Notes under the pieces: generated by a model | Database searches by the model: none | Told to the model about the DNA's origin: nothing | What the model saw: the letters and a program-made list of their open reading frames with translations, nothing else | Shown here: positions 19,627 through 29,584 of the stretch, piece after piece | Position numbering within the stretch: the stretch's first letter is position 1 | How the letters are laid out: every line of letters starts with the position of its first letter | NCBI GenBank assembly: GCA_965203325.1 | Contig: OZ241875.1 | Span: 864,001-928,000, forward strand | Length of the DNA stretch: 64,000 nucleotides | Source of the DNA: a bacterium | GTDB lineage: Bacteria > UBA8248 | Direction: 5' to 3' | Translations under genes and position numbers: made by a program

Positions 19627-21624
19627 ATGTTCTCGATTCGGCGCGATTTGCCGGCGCCTCTGATTGCGGCGGCAGTCGCCGCGTTATTCCTGTTCTCCGG
19701 GCCCGCCGACTGGCTACGCGGCCCATCGCTTGATGCGCTATTTTTCCTTCGCGCATCGCTCTTCGATACGCCCCGTTCTCACGAACCGCCAATTTCAATC
19801 GTCGCCCTCGACGAGGAAACCTACCGTCGTCCGCCATTTCGCGGCACGCCCAAGGCCCTGTGGACGCCAGAAATCGGCCAAGTCCTGAGCGCCGTTCTCG
19901 ACGGCGGCGCGTCGGTGGTCGGCTTCGACCTCATCATGGCGACCTCGGCGGAAACGCGCCTACCGGGGCACGACCACGCACTCTTGTTGGCCCTCAGGCG
20001 CGGCAGCAAGCAGGGCCGTATCGTACTCGCGCGCGTCCAGCATCAGACCAAGCCAATCAGCCCCTTTCCCGGCCTTGCCATCGCCGCAGGACGCGGGCGC
20101 AACATTCGTTTCGCCAATGTTTTTTTCGATCCAGATGGTGTGGTCCGTCGCGTGCCATCCTTGTTCCGTGTGGCTACACCGCAAGGCGAAGTTTTGGAAC
20201 CGAGCTTCCCACTCGAGATCGCCGCACGCTACCGGGGAGTGACGCCTGAGCAAATCGGAGAGAACCGTGCCGGCCTGGGGAGTAAACCGATGCGCGGAAC
20301 GGCGAAAACCCAAGGTTTGTCGCTCAACTTCCAGTCGGGCTCGACAGCTTATCCGACTTACTCTCTTGCGGATCTCTACGCCTGCGCCAAGGCGGGACAC
20401 ACCGAATTCTTCCGCAAGGCCTTTGCCGGTCAGGTCGTTCTGTTCGGAGCGGTTCTCGACGCCGAAGATCGCCTCCTTACTTCCAAACGCTTTATCACCG
20501 GGGCTGAGCGCGACCGACAGGCCCCACGCTGCGTATACCCGGTCATGGAGGGTCTTTATCATAAGGACGTTCCCAGGCAACTCATCCCGGGCGTGGTCGT
20601 GCAAGCGACGGCAATCGACAACTACGTGCGTAACGCCGGATTGGTTTCGCCGACATTGGTGCCGGAGGAAGCGATTATCATCCTCTTCTCCATCCTGTGC
20701 GCGTGGCTCTTTCAACGGGCGCCCCTTGGCTGGTCGGTGGCGGGTATTCTCATTTTCGGCGCCGCATGGACCATTGTGGCCGCATACACGCTCCGACAAG
20801 GCGTCGTCCTACCTGGCCTAACCCTTGTGGTGGCACTGATTGCCGCCGCGGTCGTCGCCGTGGCGTATCGATATCTCGTCACAGACAAGGACAAGCGCGC
20901 GGTTCGCCATTATTTTTCGATGTACCTCTCACCGACGATCGTCGACCGGCTTATGGCCACCGGCGCCGCCCCTTCCCTCGGAGGAGAAAACCGCGAGGTA
21001 ACGATTCTCATCAGCGATGCCGAAGACTACACGGCCCTGAGTGAGAACATGACGCCCGAGCGCGTCGTCGACCTCGTCAATCACTATTTCGAAGTGCTCG
21101 CAGGCGCAGTCGAACGGCATGGAGGCTTCGTCGACAAATTCATGGGGGACGGCATGCTCGCGGTTTTTGGCGCTCTTATCGATGAGCCTGACCACGCGGC
21201 CAACGCCGTCGCCGCCGCATTGGAACTCCAAGCCCTTACCATTGCTGATTCCAAACTCCTCCGCCCGGACGGCGGACCGCTCCGCACCCGCGTGGGGATT
21301 GCGACGGGGCCGGTGGTGGTCGGGAATATCGGTTCCCGCACACGTCTGAACTATACCGTCATCGGCGATACGGTGAATCTGGCGGCCCGACTCGAATCGG
21401 AAAACAAGGCGCAAGACACATCGATTCTGGTGGCGGAAGATACCGCGCGCGCCGCCGGGCTTGAGGGTTTCGATTTCGTAAGCCGCATTACTGTCCGGGG
21501 ACGAATCGCGGAAGTCGCCGCGTACACGCCAAAACGGCTACCGCCACAACCCGATTCTTCCGAAGTGGGCATACAAGAGAATTCGGCGGAGGCTAAAAGA
21601 GAGATATCACCGGAAAACCAATGA
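19627..21624 (+). CDS. CHASE2-domain class III adenylate/guanylate cyclase
   Basis: IVALDEET, DPDGVVRR and IPGVVVQA (CHASE2); three TM helices; ILISDAEDYT, DKFMGDG, YTVIGDTVNLAARLE. Confidence 0.92.
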   Translation: MFSIRRDLPAPLIAAAVAALFLFSGPADWLRGPSLDALFFLRASLFDTPRSHEPPISIVALDEETYRRPPFRGTPKALWTPEIGQVLSAVLDGGASVVGFDLIMATSAETRLPGHDHALLLALRRGSKQGRIVLARVQHQTKPISPFPGLAIAAGRGRNIRFANVFFDPDGVVRRVPSLFRVATPQGEVLEPSFPLEIAARYRGVTPEQIGENRAGLGSKPMRGTAKTQGLSLNFQSGSTAYPTYSLADLYACAKAGHTEFFRKAFAGQVVLFGAVLDAEDRLLTSKRFITGAERDRQAPRCVYPVMEGLYHKDVPRQLIPGVVVQATAIDNYVRNAGLVSPTLVPEEAIIILFSILCAWLFQRAPLGWSVAGILIFGAAWTIVAAYTLRQGVVLPGLTLVVALIAAAVVAVAYRYLVTDKDKRAVRHYFSMYLSPTIVDRLMATGAAPSLGGENREVTILISDAEDYTALSENMTPERVVDLVNHYFEVLAGAVERHGGFVDKFMGDGMLAVFGALIDEPDHAANAVAAALELQALTIADSKLLRPDGGPLRTRVGIATGPVVVGNIGSRTRLNYTVIGDTVNLAARLESENKAQDTSILVAEDTARAAGLEGFDFVSRITVRGRIAEVAAYTPKRLPPQPDSSEVGIQENSAEAKREISPENQ

Positions 21625-21711
21625 GCGCACAAGGATATTTGCAAATCGCAAAACCCCGCAATTGCTCGTACCTCGTTCGGAAAACCTTCCTTCCTCAGCC
21701 GGGTTTGCCCC

Positions 21712-22707
21712 TCACGCCCTTCCCCCGGCCTGCTCGAAGATATCGCGCAACTCGTCCGGGTCCTGCGTATGCGCCAGGGCCACCATGAGCAGGGTCCGGG
21801 CCTTGATGCCGCTGAGATACCCTGCGGATATCGCCCCGCGCTCGAGGAGGCTCAGGAAAGAGCCCTCGTGCGCCTTGGCGCGGTGCGGCGCGCCCGCGAA
21901 GATGCGCACCCCGACCACCACGGGGACCCCCGCGTCGAGCGCATCGCAAAGCGCATGGTAGAAGGGGACGTTCACGTTGCCCGCGCCGACGCCCTCCACC
22001 ACGATTCCGTCCACGCGCGCTTCGATGCACGCGCGCACGAGCAGGTCGTTCACCCCTTGCGTCACGGTCAGGAACTGCACGTTTTCCTTGAGGGCCGACA
22101 CCTCGAAGTGAAGCCGCCGCTCGGGGCGGTAGTGGAAGAAGGCGCCCTCATCCGAGACGACCCCTATCGGCCCGCCGTCTCTCGAGGCGAAGGCGTGGGG
22201 CCGCTGGCTGTGCACCTTGATGACGTCGCGCGCGGCGAATATCTCCCCGTCGAGCGCGACCATCACGCCCCGGCCCCGCGCCTCGGGCGCCCCGGCGATT
22301 TTCGCGGCGTAGAAGATGTTCCTGGGGCCGTCCGCGTCGCGGGCGACGGAATTTCGCATCGCACCCGTGATGACGACGGGCTTCTCCCCGCCCAGCGTCA
22401 AGTCCAGGAGATAGGCCGTCTCCTCCATGGTGGCCGTCCCGTGCGTGACGACCGCCCCCGCCGTCTCCTCATCCGCCAGAACCCCCCGCAGGCGGTCCCT
22501 GAGCGCAAATGCCGTCGCCGTCTCCATCACGTCGCTGGTGACGTTCGAGTGCTCGACGACGCTCACTTCGGCGATGCCGGCAAGTTCAGGCGCCGAAGCG
22601 ATGAGTTCCTCCGCACCCGCCGCCGGGACGTTCGCGCCGCCTCGCGTGTCGTATTTCGACGATATCGTCCCGCCAGTCGTTACGATAGCGATGGAGGGCT
22701 TCTTCAT
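21712..22707 (-). CDS. L-asparaginase family protein
   Basis: TTGGTI, HGTATMEETAY, KPVVITGAMR, DGPRN. Confidence 0.88.
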   Translation of the reverse strand: MKKPSIAIVTTGGTISSKYDTRGGANVPAAGAEELIASAPELAGIAEVSVVEHSNVTSDVMETATAFALRDRLRGVLADEETAGAVVTHGTATMEETAYLLDLTLGGEKPVVITGAMRNSVARDADGPRNIFYAAKIAGAPEARGRGVMVALDGEIFAARDVIKVHSQRPHAFASRDGGPIGVVSDEGAFFHYRPERRLHFEVSALKENVQFLTVTQGVNDLLVRACIEARVDGIVVEGVGAGNVNVPFYHALCDALDAGVPVVVGVRIFAGAPHRAKAHEGSFLSLLERGAISAGYLSGIKARTLLMVALAHTQDPDELRDIFEQAGGRA

Positions 22708-22820
22708 GGCGTCTCCTTGTCGGTGTTTGAGATTGGGTTCGTGTATGGCCGTGAGGGCGCATTGTGGCCGCAGGCTGAGGCGACTGCAAGGTCAGACGGA
22801 GCAGGCGCAAATTGATTCCC

Positions 22821-22895
22821 GTAGGGGCGGACCCGCATGTCCGCCCGTTGGCGCAAGAGGATAAAGATTCTGTAGGGGCGGCTCGCGAGCCGCCC
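22821..22895. repeat. Two GTAG-type REP palindromes
   Basis: GTAGGGGCGGACCCGCATGTCCGCCC (22821-22846) and GTAGGGGCGGCTCGCGAGCCGCCC (22872-22895). Confidence 0.8.
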
Positions 22896-22913
22896 GCGCC
22901 TCTTCGATATTGC

Positions 22914-23055
22914 CGTCATTCCGGCGAAAGCCGGAATCCATTTGTTTTGCCTTTGTTCTTCCTTTTTTGATTGGTTCGCGCCAATGACGGGGAGATGAAA
23001 AGCCGCGTATTGCCATTCTGCTTGAAAATGGATTCCGGCTTTCGCCGGAATGACG
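22914..23055. repeat. CGTC-type REP doublet (family C)
   Basis: Perfect 30-bp inverted repeat CGTCATTCCGGCGAAAGCCGGAATCCATTT...AAATGGATTCCGGCTTTCGCCGGAATGACG; each arm is itself a hairpin. Confidence 0.9.
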
Positions 23056-23131
23056 TTGGTGGTCAACTCCGAGCGAGGAGGGATTTTTCAACACCCCCTC
23101 GACGGAGAGCATCGCCTTTATCCCCCTGTTA

Positions 23132-23195
23132 AGGGGTTGTTGAAAAAGTCCCTGAAAGGAAAACCCCATAAAGGCAACCCCCCCTACCCCCCCCC
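23132..23195. repeat. Truncated family-B element with IS-like end
   Basis: GGGGTTGTTGAAAAAGTCCC...CCCATAAAGGCAACCCCCCCTACCCCCC, cut at the stop codon of the next gene. Confidence 0.7.
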
Positions 23196-23966
23196 TCACA
23201 CAAACCTTCTCACCCCCGGATACACCTCCTCCCTTCTCAGATCCGTCTCGTCGTGTCCGGCGAAGATGAGGTCGGGGGCGGAGGCCAGATCCTTCACGGT
23301 TTCCAGGGCGCGCAGGGCGTCGTCCACGTGGATGTGGATGCCCGGCGGTATCATGGATTCGAGGCTCCGGTAGAGATAGCACGCGTCCACGGCCAGCACC
23401 GCCCAGCCGCGCGCCGTGCGGAAGCGGATGATCTGGTGGCCCGGCGTGTGGCCGCCCGTCCAGTGGACGCGCACGCCGGCGGCGATCTCCGCCTCCCCGT
23501 CCACGAGTTTCATACGGCCGGCTTCAAGCAGCTTCTCCGCTTCTTCGAGGTCGCCCAGGAAATGGTTGATGAAGTGGTATTCCGCCGCGTCGCTCCTCCA
23601 GAAATCGAGTTCGCGCCTCTGGAGATAAAACTGCGCCCCGGTGAACAGCCTCGGCGACATGAAGTGGTCCCAGTGAAGATGACTCACGATGATCGTCTCG
23701 ACCTGGGAGGGCTTGAGATCGAAATTCTTCAGAAGCTCATGCTGCGGGCGGTAGTCGGCGTAATCGGGATTACGCGCCTTCTGGGACTCCTCGCTGAAGC
23801 CGGTGTCGACGACGACCGGCGCGCCATCGCCTTCGGGCATCAGCACCCAGAAGAAATAGGGGAGCGTGCGCGTCCTCCCCGATTCGCTCAAATAAAGAAG
23901 CCAGGAGGCGTCGCACGTGCGCGAGCCCTGGCACAGGGCGTAGAGGTTGTAAGTCGTCTCGCTCAA
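23196..23966 (-). CDS. Metallo-beta-lactamase fold hydrolase, N-acyl homoserine lactonase-like
   Basis: VVDTGF, SHLHWDH (HxHxDH), GGHTPGH, AGHD. Confidence 0.85.
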   Translation of the reverse strand: MSETTYNLYALCQGSRTCDASWLLYLSESGRTRTLPYFFWVLMPEGDGAPVVVDTGFSEESQKARNPDYADYRPQHELLKNFDLKPSQVETIIVSHLHWDHFMSPRLFTGAQFYLQRRELDFWRSDAAEYHFINHFLGDLEEAEKLLEAGRMKLVDGEAEIAAGVRVHWTGGHTPGHQIIRFRTARGWAVLAVDACYLYRSLESMIPPGIHIHVDDALRALETVKDLASAPDLIFAGHDETDLRREEVYPGVRRFV

Positions 23967-24083
23967 GATGGAAGCCTCCTTGTTGTCCCGCTCGGAAGGG
24001 AATTGTTGAAAAAGTCCGCATAGAGACCGCTCTTAATTTCACTCCTCCCTTGAGGATGAGGCGTAATCAACGAAAGAGGAATT

Positions 24084-24226
24084 TCACTCCCCCCTTGAGG
24101 GGGAGTCACAGAGGCCGAGCGGTTTATGCGAAGGCCGATGTGGTGGGGGGAGCTTCTATCCGTGGCATGTCCCCCCACCGAATCGCTTGCGGGCTTCGCC
24201 CTTAGCTCTTCGACTCCCCCTCAAGG
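24084..24226. repeat. Family-A palindromic repeat (copy 2), right arm split by the IS
   Basis: Right arm GACTCCCCCTCAAGG resumes as CAAGGGGGGAGT at 25749-25760. Confidence 0.85.
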
Positions 24227-25748
24227 GGGGCTGTTGAAAAACCCCGTTTTGAAGCGGGAGGTATGGCGTCTCACGCAGCGGCGGAGAGGAAGCCCGCGAG
24301 GTGCGTGAGGCCGCCAGGAACGCGCATTCGGCGTCTCAAGGCGGCGCAGGCCCTCCACAGAGCGAATAAACGCGCCGCAACAGCGGCGGCGAGCCGCTTG
24401 AGGTTCACCGCAGTCGCCGTCAGGTAGGCCTGGATCCTTATGTTCGCAAGACCCCGGCGCACCGCCCGCGCCAGGCCGTGCCAACTCTTCGCCTCGCCGT
24501 GATAGCCCTCCGAGCGACCCATGTGCCGGCGCCACAGCCGACCCTCCTCCTCCCCACGGCGCGTGTGGCGACGGCGCGCGCGTAACAGCGCCGGATACTC
24601 ATGCGGAACCAGCACCGTCCTGCTCGTGCGGGACTTCGACAGACAATCGGCCTTGAGCGCGCAGCCCGCGCAATCGCGCGTCCTCGATACATAGTAGCGA
24701 CCCCGCTCCGTCTCCTTCCGGGGGCGCAGCGTCTTGCCCCCCGGACACTTCACCACCTTGTGACGCTCATCGTAGCGGAACAGCTGCAACGGCACCCGGC
24801 TCTGGGAAGGCTCCTTCTTCGCCGGTATCACCGCGTCCACCCCCCGACGCTCCAATGCGCCGTACACCTTCGAGTACGCATAGCCCGAATCCGCCGTCAC
24901 CACCCCGGGCGCGCGCCCCGTGAGCTCGCAAACCGCATCCAACTGCGGCTCCATCATCTCCCGCTCGTTCAACGTCCCCTCCGTCACCGCAACGTCGAGG
25001 ACAACGCCCCGCTCATCGTCCACCACCGCGTGGTGCTTGTAGCTCGGCTCGAACCCCGCCCGAGCGCTCTTGCGCGCCAGGCGAGCGTCCGGGTCCGTTC
25101 GGCTCACAGACCCCGAACCCCCGCCCCGGCCTTTGCCCTTCTTCTCCGTCTCATCCTCCGAATCGTTCTCCCGCACCACCTTCTCCGCGTGGCGCTCCGC
25201 CAGACTCTCCCAGCTCACGTCCGCACGTATCAAAGAGGCGTCCATGTGAACCACCTCTCCCGTCGCCACCTTCGCCTCCACGCAAGCCTGAACCGTGCGG
25301 CGCAATACCTCCTTGAAGCGCTCCTCCCCCCAGCGCTGGCGAATCCGCGTCAGGCTCGAATGGTCCGGCAACTCCTCGTCCAGCCTGTACCCGATGAACC
25401 ACCGGATCGCCAGGTGCGCCTGCGCCTCGCGCAACAGACGCCGGTCGTGGGCGTAGCCCAGCAGCAGGCCCGCCAGCATCAACCGAACCACCACTTCGGG
25501 GTCCAGGCCCGGACGGCCATTGTCCGCGCAATAGCACTCCGCCACTTCCTCGCGAAGCCAGCTCAAATCCAGTACGCGGTCCACCTGCCGCAATATGTGA
25601 TCTTCGGGAATCAACTTCTCCAGCGGGCCGGCCACGAACAAGTCCATCTGCTCGCGCCTCTTGCGATCCAGCATCGAGGGAACTCCCATCTCGGGCGAGT
25701 CGGGATAACTCCATACGATCACAAAACCAAGGGTTTTTCAACAGGCCC
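24227..25748 (-). mobile_element. IS1182-family insertion sequence, copy 1 (1522 bp)
   Basis: Terminal IRs GGGGCTGTTGAAAAACCC / GGGTTTTTCAACAGGCCC. 5-bp direct repeat CAAGG at 24222-24226 and 25749-25753. Confidence 0.88.
24271..25674 (-). CDS. IS1182-family DDE transposase
   Basis: LIPEDHILR, GRPGLDP, LPDHSSL, MDASLIRA, TDPDA, ADSGY, CPGG...CAGCALKADC. Confidence 0.9.
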   Translation of the reverse strand: MLDRKRREQMDLFVAGPLEKLIPEDHILRQVDRVLDLSWLREEVAECYCADNGRPGLDPEVVVRLMLAGLLLGYAHDRRLLREAQAHLAIRWFIGYRLDEELPDHSSLTRIRQRWGEERFKEVLRRTVQACVEAKVATGEVVHMDASLIRADVSWESLAERHAEKVVRENDSEDETEKKGKGRGGGSGSVSRTDPDARLARKSARAGFEPSYKHHAVVDDERGVVLDVAVTEGTLNEREMMEPQLDAVCELTGRAPGVVTADSGYAYSKVYGALERRGVDAVIPAKKEPSQSRVPLQLFRYDERHKVVKCPGGKTLRPRKETERGRYYVSRTRDCAGCALKADCLSKSRTSRTVLVPHEYPALLRARRRHTRRGEEEGRLWRRHMGRSEGYHGEAKSWHGLARAVRRGLANIRIQAYLTATAVNLKRLAAAVAARLFALWRACAALRRRMRVPGGLTHLAGFLSAAA

Positions 25749-26070
25749 CAAGGGGGGAGTAGTTCTCCTTTTCTCGTCGGTCGCGTCGAGCCCTTATTCG
25801 TCCGGACTTTCTCAGCAACCCCCTCAAGGGGTCAATCTCGACTAAGGTGAGAGGGATTGTGAAATCTTCTACCCCTCCCCCCGATCACCTCCATACACCG
25901 AATCATGAAATATGAACTTATTCAACAACCCCAGAAGACTTAAGAAGCTCGGTGCATCACGATGCGGCGCTTCGTTGTCCGATGCAAGAGATTATGCCAT
26001 TATCACCGAAGCGCAAAACGCAAGGCATGGTATTCGGTCCACGGAAAACCACTCCCGAAGGGCGCTCGTT

Positions 26071-28416
26071 TTGGACAACACCTTCATCATCGTGTTCTTC
26101 CCGTTCGCAGCCGCCCTCATCATCCCCTGGTTCGCAGAACGTTTCAGAAAACACGCCGCGTGGTTCGCCATGGTTGCGCCGCTGGTGAGCACCTGGGCGC
26201 TCTATAACCTCTACGGCGAATGGGCGGCCGGCGGGCATCAGACTTTCACGCGCGCTATCGCCTGGGTCCCCGCCGCGAACGTCGAAATCTCCTTCATGGT
26301 CGACGGGTTGAGCCTCATGTGGGGCTTCCTCGTGGCGGGCATGGGCGCGCTCATCGTCCTCTACTCCCACTGGTATCTCCACGAGCACGAGGCGCTCGGC
26401 CGCTACTACGGCTTCCTCATCGCGTTCATGGGCTCGATGCTGGGCGTGGTGTTCTCCGATCACTTAATTTCCTTGTTCATTTTCTGGGAACTCACGAGCA
26501 TCACCTCGTTCTTCCTCATCGGCTTCTGGTCGGACAGGGACGCCTCGAACTACGGCGCCACCAAGGCCATCCTCATCACGGGCAGCGGCGGCCTCGCCAT
26601 GCTGGGGGGATTTCTGCTACTGGGCGACGTGGCGGGCGAGTGGCGGCTTTCGGAACTCGTGCTCATGCCGGACATTGCCAGCCAGGTATCGCTCGGCGTC
26701 TTCCTTTTGATCATCCTGGGCGCGGCCACCAAGAGCGCGCAGTGGCCCTTCCACATCTGGCTGCCGAACGCGATGGAAGCGCCCACACCCATCAGCGCGT
26801 TCCTGCACTCGGCCACCATGGTCAAGGCGGGCATCTACCTGCTCTCGCGTTTCTACCCAATCCTCGGGGCGCACCCCGCCTGGGGCTACGTGGTGACGGG
26901 CTTCGGCATGACGACAATGATAGCGGGGGGTTTGTTGTCGCTCAGGGCGTATGATCTCAAGGCGATACTGGCGTATGGCACCATCAGCCAGCTCGGCCTC
27001 ATCGTCACCTTCCTGGGCTACGGCGGGAAGGGGGCGATCATCGGCGCGACGCTCCACCTCTACAACCACGCGGCGGCCAAGGCGGCGATGTTCATGACGG
27101 TGGGCATCATCGACCACGAGGCGGGCACGCGCGACGTGCGGCTCTTGGGGAACTTAAGAAAGCTCATGCCGAAGACGCACGTCCTCGCCGTCATCGCGGC
27201 GCTGAGTCTCATCGGCATACCGCCCATGGGCGGGTTCATCACCAAGGAGATGCTCTATGAAGTCAGCCTCCACCCCGGCGGTCCCGGACACTGGAGCTGG
27301 TTCTGGCCGTATCTGACCGTATTCGCGGGCGTGTTCACGGCGCTTTATCACCTGCGGTTCCTGAGCGAGCCCTACTGGCAGGCAGCGGAAGGAGAAGCGC
27401 CCAGGCATCCCCACGACCCGCCGCTCGGTATGCTGGCCGCGCCCGCGATTCTGGTCGCACTCGCGCTCGCGTTCGGTCTCGCGCCGGGGCTTATCGAGAA
27501 CGCCATCGTCGCGCCCGCGGCTTCCGCCACCCTCGGCGGCGGGGCGAAGGTGGAACTCCACCTCGGCCTCTGGCACGGGGTGAACGTGCCCTTGATCATG
27601 TCGGTCATCACGATGGCGCTGGGGCTGGCGCTCTACTTCGGCTTCGCGCACGTGAAGACAGCCCTCGACGCAGTCGCCCGCGTCTGGGGGAACGCCCCCG
27701 CGCCCGACAAAATCTATGACAGCTTCGTGAACTGGCTGAGAAACGGCACGTGGGAAATCCTCATGCTCATCCAGGACGGAAACCTGAGACACTACATGCG
27801 CTGGATGTTCGTCCTGCCGACCGCCTGCGTCCTCTACCTCGTCTGGCGGATGGACTGGGGCGCGAACGTCTTCCCCAAAGGGTTCGCGGGCGCATCGTTT
27901 CTGCTCGTCGTTATCGCGCTCATGATCGCGGGCGCAGCCCTCGCCACGGCGCTGTTCAAGCGCAGAATCGCGGCCATCCTCGCCCTCGGCACGATGGGCT
28001 ACGGCATCGCGGGGCTGTTCCTGCTCCTGAAGGCGCCCGATCTGGCCCTCACCCAGATCATGGTGGAATCCGCTTCGGTCGTGCTCTTCCTGCTGGTGTT
28101 CTACTACCTGCCGGAGCTCAAGCCCGTCCCGCGCTCGGCGGCGAAGAAGATGCGCGACTGGGGCATCGCAATCGGTCTCGGCGTCTGCACGACGCTCGTC
28201 ATGGCCGCCGCCATGAACACGCACAAGTTCCGCACGATAGCGGACTACTTCATGCGCACGAGCAAGCCCGTGGCGGGCTTCAAGAACGTGGTGAACGCCA
28301 TCATCGTCGATTACCGAGGCTACGACACCTTAGGGGAGATCACCGTGCTGGTCATCGCCGGCATCGCGATTTACGCCCTCATGCGGCTGGTGGGAGAGAT
28401 GAAATGCGATCACTGA
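26071..28416 (+). CDS. mrpA: Na+/H+ antiporter subunit A
   Basis: [64 protein letters not shown] start at 26071 is inferred. Confidence 0.93.
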   Translation: MDNTFIIVFFPFAAALIIPWFAERFRKHAAWFAMVAPLVSTWALYNLYGEWAAGGHQTFTRAIAWVPAANVEISFMVDGLSLMWGFLVAGMGALIVLYSHWYLHEHEALGRYYGFLIAFMGSMLGVVFSDHLISLFIFWELTSITSFFLIGFWSDRDASNYGATKAILITGSGGLAMLGGFLLLGDVAGEWRLSELVLMPDIASQVSLGVFLLIILGAATKSAQWPFHIWLPNAMEAPTPISAFLHSATMVKAGIYLLSRFYPILGAHPAWGYVVTGFGMTTMIAGGLLSLRAYDLKAILAYGTISQLGLIVTFLGYGGKGAIIGATLHLYNHAAAKAAMFMTVGIIDHEAGTRDVRLLGNLRKLMPKTHVLAVIAALSLIGIPPMGGFITKEMLYEVSLHPGGPGHWSWFWPYLTVFAGVFTALYHLRFLSEPYWQAAEGEAPRHPHDPPLGMLAAPAILVALALAFGLAPGLIENAIVAPAASATLGGGAKVELHLGLWHGVNVPLIMSVITMALGLALYFGFAHVKTALDAVARVWGNAPAPDKIYDSFVNWLRNGTWEILMLIQDGNLRHYMRWMFVLPTACVLYLVWRMDWGANVFPKGFAGASFLLVVIALMIAGAALATALFKRRIAAILALGTMGYGIAGLFLLLKAPDLALTQIMVESASVVLFLLVFYYLPELKPVPRSAAKKMRDWGIAIGLGVCTTLVMAAAMNTHKFRTIADYFMRTSKPVAGFKNVVNAIIVDYRGYDTLGEITVLVIAGIAIYALMRLVGEMKCDH

Positions 28417-28829
28417 TCCTGCGGACAATAGCGCCCGCCGTGCTGCACCTGACGCTGCTCTTCTCCATGTTCCTGCTCATCTACGGCCACAACCAGCCGG
28501 GCGGCGGGTTCATCGCGGGGCTGATGACGTCGGTGGGCATCGTGCTCCAGTGGGTGGCGGTGGACGCGGAAGAAGGCCGGCGGCGGTTCAACTGGCCGTA
28601 TGAGGGAATCTTCCTGGCGGGGCTGGCGCTCTCCACACTCACGGGGGTGTGGGGCTATATAAAAGGCGCGTATCTCAAGAGCTCGATCTACCGCTTCGAA
28701 CTGCCCTTCATCGGCGACGTGGAACTGTTCACCGCGTTCCTGTTCGACGTAGGGGTGTACGGCGTGGTGGTCGGGGTGGTGATGTGCATCTTCACCAACC
28801 TGTGCGAGGAGGAGGCGAAGGATTCGTGA
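28404..28829 (+). CDS. mrpB: Na+/H+ antiporter subunit B
   Basis: [28 protein letters not shown]. Confidence 0.92.
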   Translation: MRSLILRTIAPAVLHLTLLFSMFLLIYGHNQPGGGFIAGLMTSVGIVLQWVAVDAEEGRRRFNWPYEGIFLAGLALSTLTGVWGYIKGAYLKSSIYRFELPFIGDVELFTAFLFDVGVYGVVVGVVMCIFTNLCEEEAKDS

Positions 28830-28937
28830 GGGGCGTAATCATTCCCCTTTTGAGGGGGTTGTTGAAAAAGGCATCATTGGTCGCAATGACGGCCAAAACC
28901 CGAACCCGGGCGGAGGCGCAGGCTGTCGCCTTGAAAA

Positions 28938-29053
28938 GCAACCCCCCCTACCCCCCCTTGTCAGGGGGGCAAGAAAAAGCAAAGCCCCCTCGGCCCGGCG
29001 GGGGCGCATCGCCTTTTTATACCCCCCTGACAAGGGGGGGTAGGGGGGGTTGC
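28938..29053. repeat. Family-B palindromic doublet (subtype B2) inside the mrp operon
   Basis: Arms CAACCCCCCCTACCCCCCCTTGTCAGGGGGG / CCCCCCTGACAAGGGGGGGTAGGGGGGGTTG. IS-like end at 28855. Confidence 0.88.
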
Positions 29054-29233
29054 CTTTATCCCTTGACAAGGGGGAGTGAATGGCAATCTCAATGAGGGAG
29101 AAATTTTTCCCTTCCTTGGGTAGTAACGACCCACAGGAAGGAAGTGGTTTTGGAAAGGGAATCATGAATTTAACAAGAAACCGTCAACTCGAGCACATGA
29201 TTCCCGACGCAAAAGCGCGCAGGAGACGATAAC

Positions 29234-29584
29234 GTGGTCTGGATACTGGCGATGATCATCGGCGTGCTGGTGACGGTGGCTTCCTACCTCATCATGCAGC
29301 GCAGGATCATTCAGGTCGTGCTCGGCATGGCGGTGCTCAGCCACGCCGCGAACCTGATGATCGTCGCCTCGGGCTGGGTGGGGGACGGCAAGGCGCCCAT
29401 CGTCCCCAAAACGGGCGGCCCGCTGGATCCGTTCGCCTACGTCGACCCCCTGCCCCAGGCCATGGTGCTGACCGCCATCGTCATCAGCCTGGCCGTGACG
29501 GCGTTCCTGCTCGTGCTCGCGTTCTTCACCTATAAAAAGTTCGGCACCGACGACATCGACGAGATCAGGAGGCTCAAGGGATGA
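29234..29584 (+). CDS. mrpC: Na+/H+ antiporter subunit C
   Basis: HAANL, DPLPQAMVLTAIVI. AGGAG RBS. Confidence 0.94.
   Translation: MVWILAMIIGVLVTVASYLIMQRRIIQVVLGMAVLSHAANLMIVASGWVGDGKAPIVPKTGGPLDPFAYVDPLPQAMVLTAIVISLAVTAFLLVLAFFTYKKFGTDDIDEIRRLKG

Noticed and set aside
25912..26070. N-terminal extension of MrpA in the ORF track
   Set aside because: It overlaps an IS-end remnant and probable promoter DNA. Hydrophobic MrpA-like sequence starts near 26071.
29090..29160. Hairpin with CAGGAAGGAAG reminiscent of SRP RNA
   Set aside because: Lacks the CAGG-tetraloop-AGCA domain IV arrangement and the long stem.
28649..29165. Short ORFs containing NPPYPPLSGG/PLTRGGRGG (also near 32262-32562, 38491 and 39613)
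   Set aside because: These are translations of the family-B palindrome, not genes.
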